Origin: Macrostomum lignano
Taxonomy: Eukaryota
NCBI GenBank assembly: GCA_002269645.1
Contig: NIVC01002108.1
Location: 62,001-126,000, forward strand
DNA length: 64,000 nucleotides
Reading direction: 5' to 3'
Both the position numbers and the translations under genes were made by a program. Positions within the stretch are counted from its first letter, which is position 1. Each line of letters starts with the position of its first letter. The notes beneath the pieces were generated by a model. It saw nothing but the letters and a program-made list of their open reading frames with translations. It made no database searches and was not told where the DNA came from. This document shows positions 1 to 11,759 of this stretch, in pieces.

Positions 1-225
1 TCAGATTTTGCTAAACTACAAAAAATCAAATAATTTAACCAATTGAATTTGAACATCAGTTATAGAGGACTCGCTGCGCAACTGTATAAATCCAATCAAG
101 ATAGAAAAACTGTGGCCTTGAATTTCTGCAGTAAATCATAATCACCCTCTTTAATTTTGTTGAACGATTGCAACAGTAATACGAGGACAACAAAATAACA
201 GTACAGAGCTCAGATGCGGCGTTAC

Positions 226-1734
226 CTTCTCTATCTGTAGTTACTGAGGAACTGCTCAAGGTCGTGGTAAGTGCTGTTTAATCAAGAAAATATAGCACAT
301 TTCTCTTATCTTTTCTGGGGATTTTATCCTTTAGGCGAAAAAACTGAATATAAAACAGGATTAACTGTATCGTACTTGTTGTCTGAGTAGATGTTGATGA
401 ACCTGGGGTTGTGCCTGAAATTTGGTAGACAAAAATTATCCTTCTATTTAATGGTGTCCCCTGGCACCTCGATTTGCCAGGAAAACAAACACATGGCAGT
501 TCCACACCGCAAGCTGCCTTATCACGGGGCGTAACCAGGAATTTTGTTCTTTTAGTTGCTCATATTTGAATGGTCACTCAACCTCCTGCAGGGAGGTACT
601 ACATGATATCCAGAGGATAAAGGGTCGCCTTGTCCAAACCTCTAGCTACGCCCCGACTTACAGCATTCAGTTGTTGCCATTTCCAAAAATGTTTACCTGC
701 GCAATCGACGCTGCTGGCAGCGCTGGAGTTCCCTGGCGGCGCGAATCTCTCGTAAAAGTCCGCCGATCGGTAGAATATCCGAACGCGGAACTGATGCTGC
801 AGGGATGGATCAACGCTGCCGACATCGACCCAGGCCTGGTAGGGAGACCCGGTGACATTCGCACGCTCCGTCCACAGGTCCCGACCGACCACGGCCGACT
901 CAATCTGGTAGAAGTCGACATTTCCTACTCCAACGTCTAACGTTGAGTTGAACGGTCGGAAGGCGACGAGAAACCTGCCGCAGCCGGACTCCACAATCCA
1001 GGGCGGCGTTGTGATCTCCGGCATTCTCACATGGCAGCTGCTCTCCGCCCACCTGGGGTCGCAGCCGCTCTGGCAGTTGCCGTTCTTCCTGTCGCAAACT
1101 TCGGTGGCGTTGGCGCAGTGGCACTGCAGGGCGCAGTTGTAGGAGAACCAGTTCGGCTCACAGAGCGCGTTGCACAGCGGCAGGTTCTTCCAGCCTTTCT
1201 GACACCGCACGGTGCAGCCACCGTCTGTGGAACTGTTGCAGTTGGCTTCAAAGTCGCAGTGCTCCGTGCAGCTGAGGTTGCAGCTGGGACCGAAGCTGCC
1301 GCTGCTGCAGGCGGCGACTGCAGGATTGCCGCAGCGATCAAAAAGTTGCATTTGAACTCGATTGATTATGCAAAAATTTGGAATTCGGGCGATATCGCCT
1401 CATAACCAGCGCTGAGGCAATTCTGCCCCAATTCCGCAGACTCCTGAGCATGCAAGCGTGTCAACACTGTACGCAGACACAAACTCATACACACGCTCAC
1501 ACAGGGTGAACAGGACTTTCTAATTGTCAGGAATGTACACTCTAATCGAACCACTGTCTTACCGTCTTGTGTCCTAATTTTTGGCAGTCAAATCGCGACA
1601 GCTCAATCAATTTGAGTTCTTAATAAGACAAACTCACAGCTCTTGGAATGAACGCCCGGAAGCAGAAACCCCAGACAGAACAGAAGACAGCAGGCGGTTG
1701 AGACGGTCAGACTTCTTGAAGAGACCACCTGCAT
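226..1734 (-). CDS. Receptor-like protein: signal peptide, EGF/laminin-EGF-like repeats, FN3-like domain, Ser/Thr-rich stalk; continues past the left edge (3' partial)
   Basis: Exons (minus) 1734-1638 (MQVVSSRSLTVSTACCLLFCLGFLLPGVHSKS, signal peptide), 1317-697 (CSSGSFGPSC..CEPNWFSYNCALQCHC..CQSGCDPRWAESSC, then FN3-like PPWIVES..YQIES..HQFRVRIFY), 414-376 and 273-226 (S/T-rich). All introns are GT-AG phase 1 and internal exon lengths are multiples of 3. RPTP/Tie/MEGF identity cannot be decided here. Confidence 0.8.
525..655. mobile_element. Small MITE-like element in an intron
   Basis: Imperfect TIRs CGGGGCGTAACC / AGCTACGCCCCG. Left end GGCGTAACCAGGAATTT resembles the MITE at 63010. No clean TSD. 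Confidence 0.45.
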
Positions 1735-2457
1735 GTTCGCCGTTTGCTTCAACAAAGCCAGTCGCTAACCGGCAACAAATTCTTTGTCTGTTGACCAGGA
1801 CTTTTTGCAGCCAAGCTGACTCACTAGCTCAGCTGGAGTTTGTGCTCTGCTTTTGGGCGGGATAGACAGACAGTCTTATCAGCTGGCCTTATCAACACGG
1901 CGCTCGCGATTCCAAGACTCAGGTCGGAGTAATTCTCGATGCGAAACAGCAAATCAACGCGTATCCTAGCAACGCGTGAATGTAATATCTGTCCTCAAGA
2001 AAATGACAAAATTCGGCAGAAATTCGACTTGTGAATTATTTCACTAGCAAATTTATTATTTGGTACATGCATACAGCAACGAGCAAATAAAAAATCGACA
2101 AAAGCACATAATTTTAAATTTGTACATGCAATCAGCAAAACATGTATCCAATGGTTAGAAAGAATTTCAACAAAGTTAGGCATGTAAATTTACAAGCTAT
2201 CGTTTGGAATCCTCAATCTAAATTTCTATGAAAATATGAATAGTAATCGATTTCCATTGCGATTGAATCAGAATGCGTCAAGTTCCGGAGACATGAAGGA
2301 CGTCTCACATTCGGTGTCTGAAAGGCGAAAAAGTTTCTGAAGTTTTTGGCTTCTTATCTGGCCTACATATAAATTGGCCTTAGGCTAACATTTTCTTACA
2401 AAATTGCGCATTAAATTCTCTAGTATCCTACTTATAGTAAGCGATATTGATTTTATT

Positions 2458-3418
2458 CTAAATTTTGTACACGTCGCATCGCGTCTTACACTGAACCTCC
2501 TTGCCGGGATTCACTTCGTATTTCGACGGTTTTTTGAGTCGTTCCAACAGAGTTCGGCGAATCACGGCGGCGAACACCAGCCCGACGCTGACGAGCAAAG
2601 CGCTAGTCAGAATGATGCCGATCCGAGAGAAGCTGTCGCCTTGGTAACCGGGGGTGCATTTTGGCTTTAGATGGAAGCTTTTAGTATATAGGACTAGCAA
2701 TCAGCGCCCCCCGTTGGGAAGCACACAAATAATGGAATATTTTTTTGAATAAACTACATGTAGCTTCTAACCTCTCAGCCTTGACATCTCAGCAATTCCC
2801 CCGTCAGCCTTGAACATCACAGAAATACCCCCTGTAAGCCTTGACATCCCAGCTATTCTACCCAAGAATCCCATAATTATAGCAATCAATGCACACGCTC
2901 ACACAGGATGCACAGCAGCCTTGACTTTCCAATCGTCAGGCATGTATCCTGAGATACTTTACGCAGACACGCACTGGCACACTTGCTCATCGGGGCTTAC
3001 TGTTGTACTGAAAGCAGGAATTGTCCTCCTTGTCCATCGACTCGTCGCTCAGGTCCGGACACTGGGCCAGGCCGTCGCAGCTGGCCGGCTTCGGGATGCA
3101 GATTCGGCTGCTCCGGCATTTGAAGTCTTCGCAGAGGTGCGCTGTCAGAGAATCAGAGGTTGCAAGTTGTTCACTGCAACACAAAGAACAAGTAAAAGAA
3201 CCACGTACCGCCTTCACGCCTCATTCACTGAGTTTTGCAACAGGGCTCCTGTCTTTACTTCGAAGTGCATTTACATTAACTCTATTCATATTTTTGTCCT
3301 TGTCCGAAGTTCCAGACTTTCACAACACTAAATGCACACAATGATCTTTTCTAACTAGCTGAGAGGCACAAGTTTCCTGTGCATGAATGAATGAATGAAT
3401 GAGCCACGACCTTGGCTC

Positions 3419-3482
<64 letters not shown>

Positions 3483-5750
3483 CAAAAGGTTTTTGTTTGT
3501 TAAGCAAAATACACCATGGCAATTCGTGCTTTGAACTGAAAGAAAACACAGGTCAGTTACAGGGTAAGACTGCATCCCTGTTTACCCCACTGTCAATCCC
3601 ATGTTGAGCTCACTAAGAGTGCACGGCCAGGATCGATTGCAGCTCGCTTTGATGCGAGACTGAGTCCCAATCGATTAGAGACAAAACATGCTCAGGTTTC
3701 ACTGAAATCAGGCCGGAATTCTCACTAAATTGCATGTGAGTATATGGCATTGAGTGACAGTGCAAGGTCGCTGGAGGGACTCGGGTTACTGCTCCACTTT
3801 CTCTCCATGGAAACTCAAGTGCACTCGCTCTTCAAGCATGTGTTTCATTCAGTGCCTCACTGTCAACTCAGTGCCTCACTGCCAAATCAGTGCCTCACTG
3901 CCAACTCAGTGCCTCACTGCCAAATCAGTGCCTCACTGCCAACTCAGTGCCTCACTGCCAACTCAGTGCCCCACTGCCAAATCAGTGCCTCACTGCCAAC
4001 TCAGTGCCCCACTGCCAAATCAGTGCCTCACTGCCAAATCAGTGCCTCACTGTCAACTCAGTGCCTCACTGCCAAATCAGTGCCTCACTGCCAACTCAGT
4101 GCCCCACTGCCAAATCAGTGCCTCACTGTCAACTCAGTGTCTCACTGCCAAATCAGTGCCTCACTGTCAACTCAGTGACTCAGTGCCAAATCAGTGCCTC
4201 ACTGCCAAATCAGTGCCTCACTGCCAACTCAGTGCCCCACTGCCAAATCAGTGCCTCAGTGCCAAATCAGTGCCTCAGTGCCAAATCAGTGCCTCACTGC
4301 CAAATCAGTGCCTCACTGTCAACTCAGTGCCTCAGTGCCAAATCAGTGCCTCAGTGCCAAATCAGTGCCTCACTGTCAACTCAGTGCCTCAGTGCCAAAT
4401 CAGTGCCTCAGTGCCAAATCAGTGCCTCACTGTCAACTCAGTGCCTCAGTGCCAAATCAGTGCCTCAGTGCCAAATCAGTGCCTCAGTGCCAAATCAGTG
4501 CCTCACTGCCAAATCAGTGCCTCAGTGCCAAATCAGTGCCTCAGTGCCAAATCAGTGCCTCACTGCCAAATCAGTGCCTCACTGCCAAATCAGTGCCTCA
4601 CTGCCAAATCAGTGCTTCACTGTCAAATCAGTGCCTCACTGTCAAATCAGTGCCTCACTGTCAAATCAGTGCCTCACTGCCAAATCAGTGCCTCACTGCC
4701 AAATCAGTGCCTCAGTGCCAAATCAGTGCCACACTGTCAACTCAGTGCCTCAGTGCCAAATCAGTGCCTCACTGTCAACTCAGTGCCTCACTGCCAAATC
4801 AGTGCCTCACTGCCAAATCAGTGCCTCAGTGCCAAATCAGTGCCTCACTGCCAAATCAGTGCCTCACTGCCAAATCAGTGCCTCACTGCCAAATCAGTGC
4901 CTCACTGTCAAATCAGTGCCTCACTGTCAAATCAGTGCCTCACTGTCAAATCAGTGCCTCACTGTCAAATCAGTGCCGCACTGCCAAATCAGTGCCTCAC
5001 TGCCAAATCAGTGCCTCACTGCCAAATCAGTGCCACACTGTCAACTCAGTGCCTCAGTGCCAAATCAGTGCCTCACTGTCAACTCAGTGCCTCACTGCCA
5101 AATCAGTGCCTCACTGCCAAATCAGTGCCTCAGTGCCAAATCAGTGCCTCACTGCCAAATCAGTGCCTCAGTGCCAAATCAGTGCCTCACTGCCAAATCA
5201 GTGCCTCACTGCCAAATCAGTGCCTCACTGCCAAATCAGTGTCTCACTCCCGCACTTACGCCTGTAAAACGCGGCCGCAGTGAGCAGCAGAGGATCTGCT
5301 TTCAGCGAGTTCGAGTGCTGCTGAAATTCGGCCGGCTCAGCGTTCGGTTCCGCCTGGCTAAGCAGTCTCACGGACAGGCTGGTCTGGAATATCTCCCTCG
5401 GCCAGCTGCAGACCGACAGCGATTTCTAAGAAATGGTTGGTGAATCCCGGAGCTACTATTGTTAAAGGCCGTCCTGAGAGAAGCTACGGTGCTTTAAAAG
5501 AAATGGCTCACATTATTAACCAGGTCGTCGATTAGGATTGACAGCTGGCACACGAGATGCCTGTTCACGATTCGGAACACGAAGTTTTCCGCGCGCTGGC
5601 CGAACTGCGGGTCCGGAGTTAGCAGCACCGAGCAAGCTGCCGCGTCAGGCTGCGGACCTGCTGACGAAGAGTTCTGAGCCAGCTCGAACGTGACTAATGA
5701 GCTTTCTACGGGTAGCCAGGTGCAGTTCTGATGAGGCGTTGTCAGGAATA
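2458..5750 (-). CDS. Type I membrane protein with CUB-like domain, LDL-receptor class A repeat, TM helix and short tail (first exon not identified)
   Basis: Phase-consistent GT-AG exons 5750-5521, 5425-5260, 3141-3001 (CEDFKCRSSRICIPKPASCDGLAQCPDLSDE, LDLa) and about 2639-2458 (RIGIILTSALLVSVGLVFAAVIRR, TM). The CUB call is by eye and weaker than LDLa/TM. Confidence 0.7.
3420..3480. repeat. (CT)n microsatellite
   Basis: Pure CT run. Confidence 0.98.
3845..5245. repeat. 19-bp minisatellite (CAGTGCCTCACTGCCAAAT) in an intron of the CUB/LDLa gene
   Basis: About 1.4 kb tandem array; source of the repetitive ORFs 3754-5443. Confidence 0.97.
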
Positions 5751-6291
5751 CTGAAATTTCGGATAGAAAAGGATATATTGATGTTGCAATGGGAGGGGCA
5801 TGAGACTTCCTGCCTTCTCGCTGCATGTCAACGGGTCGGCAGCATCACACCTGCCGATATTAATATTCACAATCAGGATTCTTTGCTACCAGGGCGCGTC
5901 TTGAGCCCGCGCAGCAATCGGTTGCGTATGGTTTCCCCAGGACAGTACGTTCCGCTACAGTAAAGTGCATTTTCGGTTTTGAGACATGCAGTACGCTCGT
6001 TCGCGAGGACCCATGAGCGGATCTAGTCAGCAGAGACAAGCGCGGATGCATTCGTTCTTGAGATTATTAAGACAAATCAACCACTGCATAATATGCGGAC
6101 CATGCAGTCGATGCTTCATCTTTTATGAAATACAAATGCCAGCTGTGGCTGAATTTTCATCAGTCACAAAGCATCCACAGCCGGGAGCCATGAAACCTCA
6201 TTCAGTTTGCTTTCGTATTTCTTCTTCTCTTCTCTTTGCTTTCAATAAACCTATAGTCTAACGTTGTGCGAAGATCTTTTCTTTATTTTTA

Positions 6292-6527
<236 letters not shown>

Positions 6528-7237
6528 AATCTGGCATACAAATTGTGTTAAACTGTGTGCAAGGCAATTCTATCCATTTATCACAAGCAGGGAGCCTCAT
6601 TCAAGTTCCTATCATGCCTCGGGACTTTTTGTCAGGCAGCCGTGCTTAGCAGAGCAGTGTCACGCATCTGCCTTCCTGCCCCGGCCAGACTGGCAATGCC
6701 ACAGCAGTCCTGGGCTCAAAGGCAAACCAGAAAAAATCTCTTCATCAATGGAAAAAGAAACGAGAGAGGGATGCAGATAAGATGAGGCGCGCGGATGCTG
6801 GGAAGAGAGAGAGGGGAAGCTAATTGGGAACTGCAGAGCTGCCGGACAAAAGGCCCATCAGCTCATTACTCAACTGGCCTGTGCAGGTCACCTGCGCACT
6901 GAGCACTCAAAGGTATAACTAAAAATTAATCAATTTTCTGCGGCTGCAATGCAATGCATGAATTCGTACCTACGCAATGTGAAAGTTCATAAATCCATAA
7001 AAAACAACTATTTTTTTACTGTGACAGAGAGTTTCTTTAATTGAAGCTTTCTCGGCGAGACACAAATCTCGCTCACAATATATTTATAGAGGTGAAACTC
7101 CTACTTGCACGTTGCATTGCCAAATCGATACGCAATCACCTACACATTCTAGTCTGAGTACAGTATACGCCCACGCATTCAATAAGGTCAATAGTTAATT
7201 GTCAGTGGTCAGTTCATTGCGCAAGCATTGTCAATCA

Positions 7238-8770
7238 CTACATTCTCCCCCCTTCCGGAAGAGGATAACGCGCCGGTTGCCGTCGAGCTCGAGTTGACCT
7301 TCGAAGTTCAGGTGGAGGTGGCGGCTCGCCCGTCCGTGGGGGCGGAGCCGGCGGCAGCGGCAAATCGAACCAGTCGTCCTCTTGGTCGGCCGCGCCGTTG
7401 TCAGCCGGTGGGCTGTTGCACTTAACCAGCCGACTCGCTTGCCACTTTGTACCGTCGGACAGCACGAAGGTGTTGCGCCCTGCTCGGGAGGCGATCTTTA
7501 GCGGTTCCTTCAGTCGGGTCGCCAGCTTGTGCGCTCGGTGCGGCGTCTGTCGCCAGACCCAGTCTCCGGCCTGGAGCATAGAGTCACGAGCTCGCCTTCG
7601 CTTGTTGGTGTAGTCGGCATTCTTGGCTTGCCTCTGTGCGATACTGTCTCGCAGGTCGCTGTCGTCCCGCTGTTGCACTGGAGTTGGCCTGAGCAGCTGC
7701 AGTCCGGACCGCAGCTTGCGCCCGATCATCAGCTCGGCTGGAGTCAGCCCGGTGAGAGCGTGCTGGCTGGTCCTGTAGGTCTTGAGCACCAGGTCGATGG
7801 CGTCCTCGAACTTCGCTCCCGCCCTCAGGTTCGCTGCCAGGCCCTCCTTCAGACTCCGGTTGAATCGCTCGACTCCGCCGTTGCCTTGCGGGTAGTACCG
7901 GCTCACTCGGCTGTGCTTGATGCCCTCGGCTCGCAGGAACTCTTCGAACTCGTCGCTGACGAACTGGGGTCCGTTGTCGCTGATCAGCATCTTCGGGACT
8001 CCCCACCGGCCGAATAGCTTCCGAAGCGTCTTGATGATGTTGGCAGAGGTGACTGTTTCCATGGCTGCAATCTCCGGCCACTTGCTGTACAGGTCGTGGA
8101 TCACCAGTAGAAACCGCTGGTGTCGAGGAGCCGCGGCGACCTCGCCGAAGATGTCGATCTCGACCTTGTCCCACGGTCCATCTGGCCACTCGATTGGTGT
8201 CACGATCGTCTGTTGAGGCTTGCCGGACTTCTTCGCCAGAGTGCAGGCCGTGCAGTTCTTGACGTAGTCCTCCACCTGCCGGTCAATTCCAGGAAACCAG
8301 ACCGTGTCGCGGCACCGCTGCTTTGACCGAACGACGCCCGGATGCCCTTCGTGGGCCTCCTCGATGACTTGAAGTCGCAGGCTCGTCGGAATGATCGCGC
8401 GTTCACCACGACCGAGGCACTGACCGTTGTTCCAGCAGAACAGCTCGTCCCGGACGTTGAAGTACGGCTTTAGAGAGCTGTCCACCTTCGTTGGCCAGCC
8501 GCCCGAAATGTACCGCAAAACCGCCTGCAGCACTTCGTCCTCCTTGGTCGCCGTTGCCAGTGCGTCTGCCGTCAGCGTTGTCTTCGAGTCGACGACTGCG
8601 TAGACGTAGCCCTCCTCGTCGGTCTCCTCGGCTGGAACGCGCTCCGTCGTGGCCCATCTGGACAGCATGTCCGCGCACTTGTTGTCAGCGCCAGGGATGT
8701 GCTCAAACCGGACGTCGTAGCCGCGAAGTCTCTCGACCCATCGATGAATGCGAAGAGGCCTGTGCCCCAT
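7238..8770 (-). CDS. Ty3/gypsy integrase with a short RNase H C-terminal remnant
   Basis: Uninterrupted 510-aa ORF: RH tail (RIHRW..HIPGADNKCADMLSR), HHCC zinc motif (HEGH..CTAC), catalytic D (EIDIF), D (ISDNG), E (VERFN) with exactly 35 residues between the last D and E. Confidence 0.93.
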   Translation of the reverse strand: MGHRPLRIHRWVERLRGYDVRFEHIPGADNKCADMLSRWATTERVPAEETDEEGYVYAVVDSKTTLTADALATATKEDEVLQAVLRYISGGWPTKVDSSLKPYFNVRDELFCWNNGQCLGRGERAIIPTSLRLQVIEEAHEGHPGVVRSKQRCRDTVWFPGIDRQVEDYVKNCTACTLAKKSGKPQQTIVTPIEWPDGPWDKVEIDIFGEVAAAPRHQRFLLVIHDLYSKWPEIAAMETVTSANIIKTLRKLFGRWGVPKMLISDNGPQFVSDEFEEFLRAEGIKHSRVSRYYPQGNGGVERFNRSLKEGLAANLRAGAKFEDAIDLVLKTYRTSQHALTGLTPAELMIGRKLRSGLQLLRPTPVQQRDDSDLRDSIAQRQAKNADYTNKRRRARDSMLQAGDWVWRQTPHRAHKLATRLKEPLKIASRAGRNTFVLSDGTKWQASRLVKCNSPPADNGAADQEDDWFDLPLPPAPPPRTGEPPPPPELRRSTRARRQPARYPLPEGGRM

Positions 8771-8786
8771 CCCATCCTCGTCGCCA
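8769..8786 (-). promoter_or_regulatory. Primer-binding site complementary to the tRNA-Ser(GCU) 3' end
   Basis: Plus strand reads ATCCCATCCTCGTCGCCA, matching my recollection of the eukaryotic tRNA-Ser(GCU) 3' end plus CCA; lies 2 nt from the 5' LTR end. Confidence 0.8.
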
Positions 8787-9336
8787 TTTGTTGTGTTCTA
8801 ATTAACACAGAGAGTTTCTTTAATTGAAGCTTTCTCGGCGAGACACAAATCTCGCTCACAATATATTTATAGAGGTGAAACTCCTACTTGCACGTTGCAT
8901 TGCCAAATCGATACGCAATCACCTACACATTCTAGTCTGAGTACAGTATACGCCCACGCATTCAATAAGGTCAATAGTTAATTGTCAGTGGTCAGTTCAT
9001 TGCGCAAGCATTGTCAATCACTACACTCACCTCGAAGCGAGCCCGAGCCAGAAACTTGCAAATGAGTGCAGAAGAATATTAACAGTGTTCCGGTTGCTAG
9101 GGCCCATAGCAACGGCATGTCTGGCTTGGAGAATGCAACTTGGGATGCTGAACTGCTGGATTTCCTTGCCCTGGGCCTGAACTACACGGGGCACAGCCGC
9201 TTAACAGGCCGCTGTTTGGCCAATGAAACCGGTCGGTATTCACTGTCCAATCAGCCTTGGGTTGCGTCTCCTTTTCAAACTGCAAAAGAAGGAAAGAACG
9301 AAGGAAAGGAATTCCTTGACTGAAGGACTGCTTGAA

Positions 9337-10747
9337 CCGAGGGTCGGTAAATGCTTTTTTACCGTAGGGGCCAGGCAGAGAAACCAGGGAGAGAGGGGAA
9401 GAAATAGGGAAGATAGAGGAGAGATAGGAAAAAAGAAGAGTTGAGGGAATAAAGGAAAAGAGAAAAGACTAAAGGAGAGGACAGGGGAGAGAAGGGAAAG
9501 GGAGGAGAAGAGAAGAAGAGAGAAAGGAGCGAAGAGGAGAGGAGAGACGAGAAGAGAGGAGAAGAGAAGAGAGGAGAAGAGAAGAGAAGAGAAGAGAAGA
9601 GAAGAGAAGAGAAGAGAAGGGAAGAGAAGAGAAGAGAAGGGAAGAGAAGAGAGGAGAAGGGAAGAGAAGAGAAGAGAAGAGAAGAGAAGAGAAGAGAAGA
9701 GAAGAGAAGAGAAGAGAAGAGAAGAGAAGGGAAGAGAAGAGAAGAGAGGAGAAGGGAAGAGAAGAGAAGAGAAGAGAAGAGAAGAGAAAAGAAGAGAAGA
9801 GAGGAGAAGGGAAGAGAAGAGAAGAGAAGAGAAGAGAAGAGAAGAAGAGAGGAGAGAAGAGAAGAGAAGAGAAGAAGAGAGAAGAGAAGAAGAAAGAAGA
9901 AGAGAGAAGAGAGGAGAGAAGAGAAGAGAAGAGAGAAGAGAGAAGAGAAGAGAGGAGAAGGGAAGAGAAGAGAAGAGAGGAGAAGGGAAGAGAAGAGAAG
10001 AGAAGAGAAGAGAAGAGAAGAGAGGAGAAGGGAAGAGAGGAGAAGGGAAGAGAAGAGAAGAGAGGAGAAGGGAAGAGAAGAGAAGAGAAGAGAAGAGAGG
10101 AGAAGGGAAGAGAAGAGAAGAGAAAAGAAGAGAAGAGAAGAGAAGAGAGGAGAAGAGAAGAGAAGAGAAGAGAGGAGAAGAGAAGAGAAGAGAAGAGAAG
10201 AGAAGAGAAGAGAAGAGAGGAGAAGGGAAGAGAAGAGAAGAGAGGAGAAGGGAAGAGAAGAGAAGAGAAGAGAAGAGAGGAGAAGGGAAGAGAAGAGAAG
10301 AGAAAAGAAGAGAAGAGAAGAGAAGAGAGGAGAAGAGAAGAGAAGAGAAGAGAGGAGAAGAGAAGAGAAGAGAAGAGAAGAGAAGAGAAGAGAAGAGAAG
10401 AGAGAAGAGAGAAGAGAGAAGAGAGGAGAGAAGAGAAGAGAAGAGAGAAGAGAGAAGAGAAGAGAAGAGAAGAAGAGAGAAAGGAGCGAAGAGGAGAGGA
10501 GAGGAGAGAGGAGAAGAGAAGAGAAGAGAAGAGAAGAGAAGAGAAGCGAGAAAGGAGCGGAGAGGAGAGAGAGGATTTGTCAGAGAAGGAGGAGAAGACA
10601 GGAAAGAGGAGAGGAGAGAGAAGATAAATAAGAAAAGAGCAGAGCAGAGACACAAACCCCGAGTGGGCCAGATTGCTGCTCTGAAGTTTCAAAGGACCCG
10701 AGGGCCGCATAGAGAGGCTTCGCGGGCCGGAGTTTGCCGACTCCCTG
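9337..10747. mobile_element. hAT (Charlie-like) non-autonomous element with a 1.2-kb internal microsatellite
   Basis: Left end CCGAGGGTCGGTAAATGCTTTTTT..GGGGCCAG and right end GCGGGCCGGAGTTTGCCGACTCCCTG resemble CAGGGGTCGGCAAAC-type hAT termini. TIR about 11/16 match; TSD not clean. Confidence 0.5.
9430..10640. repeat. (AGAAG)n purine-rich microsatellite
   Basis: Near-pure GA pentamer array; source of Ser/Leu/Phe ORFs 9240-10785. Confidence 0.97.
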
Positions 10748-11759
10748 ACTTTAAAAAATGTTTTTTTTTCCCAAAGGCTCGGCACATCTGCTGACTCCCA
10801 TGGGGGGGGGGTTCAGCACACACCTGCGCCATAGGGATCTAGAACTAGAACCTGGAGTCCCAACTCTTATTGGCCCGGACGCTAGTAGGCTGACTGGGGA
10901 AAATTACCCCACATAGCCACATATGCTTTTGCATTTGAACAAATCTTTGACTAAGATGCACGCTAAAAACCGAAATCGGATTTTCAAGTATGGAAACGAA
11001 ACAAATATTGTTTTTTGTATTTAATAGACAATAAAAGCAGACACTGATTCATATCATTGCATTCAAAGTGTATCATCAAGGCAACAGAATTACGATTTCG
11101 GCAATAAAAATGATGGATAAATATGCGTACCTATACTATGAGCTAGCTCGTCATTCGACATCATTCAGAATAAAAAATGTGAATTTAAACAGTATAATAC
11201 GGAAATAATTAATGACTTCAAGCAATATTTAACAAGTTATTGTTGTGACAGTGCAACGTGATTTCATTCACATGACTGATTGAATAGTTTTGCTCTGACT
11301 CTGACATCTAATTGATCGCACAATCAGTGTTCAGTCAATGACATCTTGATTGATTTTTGAGATTTGACATTTTGATTCTCAATTTTAGCCAGCTATTAAG
11401 CAATGTAACAGTAAAGAACGGATACAAGTGCACCAATGTTTGACCGAGCGCCCGACCCGAGCGCAATGTACAATGTACATCGTGCATGCCTTGCTGATCA
11501 ATACGCTCGTACGTCGTATATTGAGTGAGACTCAGGCGTCTCCGACTCAACCAAATCAATCCTAAGACACAACAGTTAAATAAACCAACGTTTAAAAATT
11601 TAGAAACACTCGCTGTATTTACATTTATCACATAACAGTTCGAAGTGCAGCTCGATCTGATTAGCAAATATGCAGAAATTCATGTCATAGGGGCAGAGCT
11701 TCTCGGCGCTAGTTGCACTAAAGCTTCTTGATGTTTCGTTACACAGATAATGCCGACTC

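Larger units (their letters stand above)
7020..9025 (-). mobile_element. Internally deleted Ty3/gypsy LTR retrotransposon retaining only integrase
   Basis: Direct repeats 7024-7242 and 8807-9025 are identical over 219 bp. 5' LTR is 8789-9025 (TG..CA). PBS 8769-8786; PPT GGAAGGGGGGAGAA (about 7243-7256) abuts the 3' LTR. No gag, protease or RT. Confidence 0.95.

Noticed and set aside
3744-5443. Long ORFs up to 517 aa (SVPHCQISASLPNQCLTAK repeats)
   Set aside because: All frames are open because the 19-bp unit has no stop on this strand; the array lies in an intron of an opposite-strand gene.
7010-9035. Target-site duplication for the integrase-only LTR element
   Set aside because: Flanks TTTAC and CTCAC do not match, and the left LTR end is truncated.
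9240-10785. Ser/Leu/Phe-rich ORFs of 438-471 aa
   Set aside because: Translation of the (CTTCT)n microsatellite.
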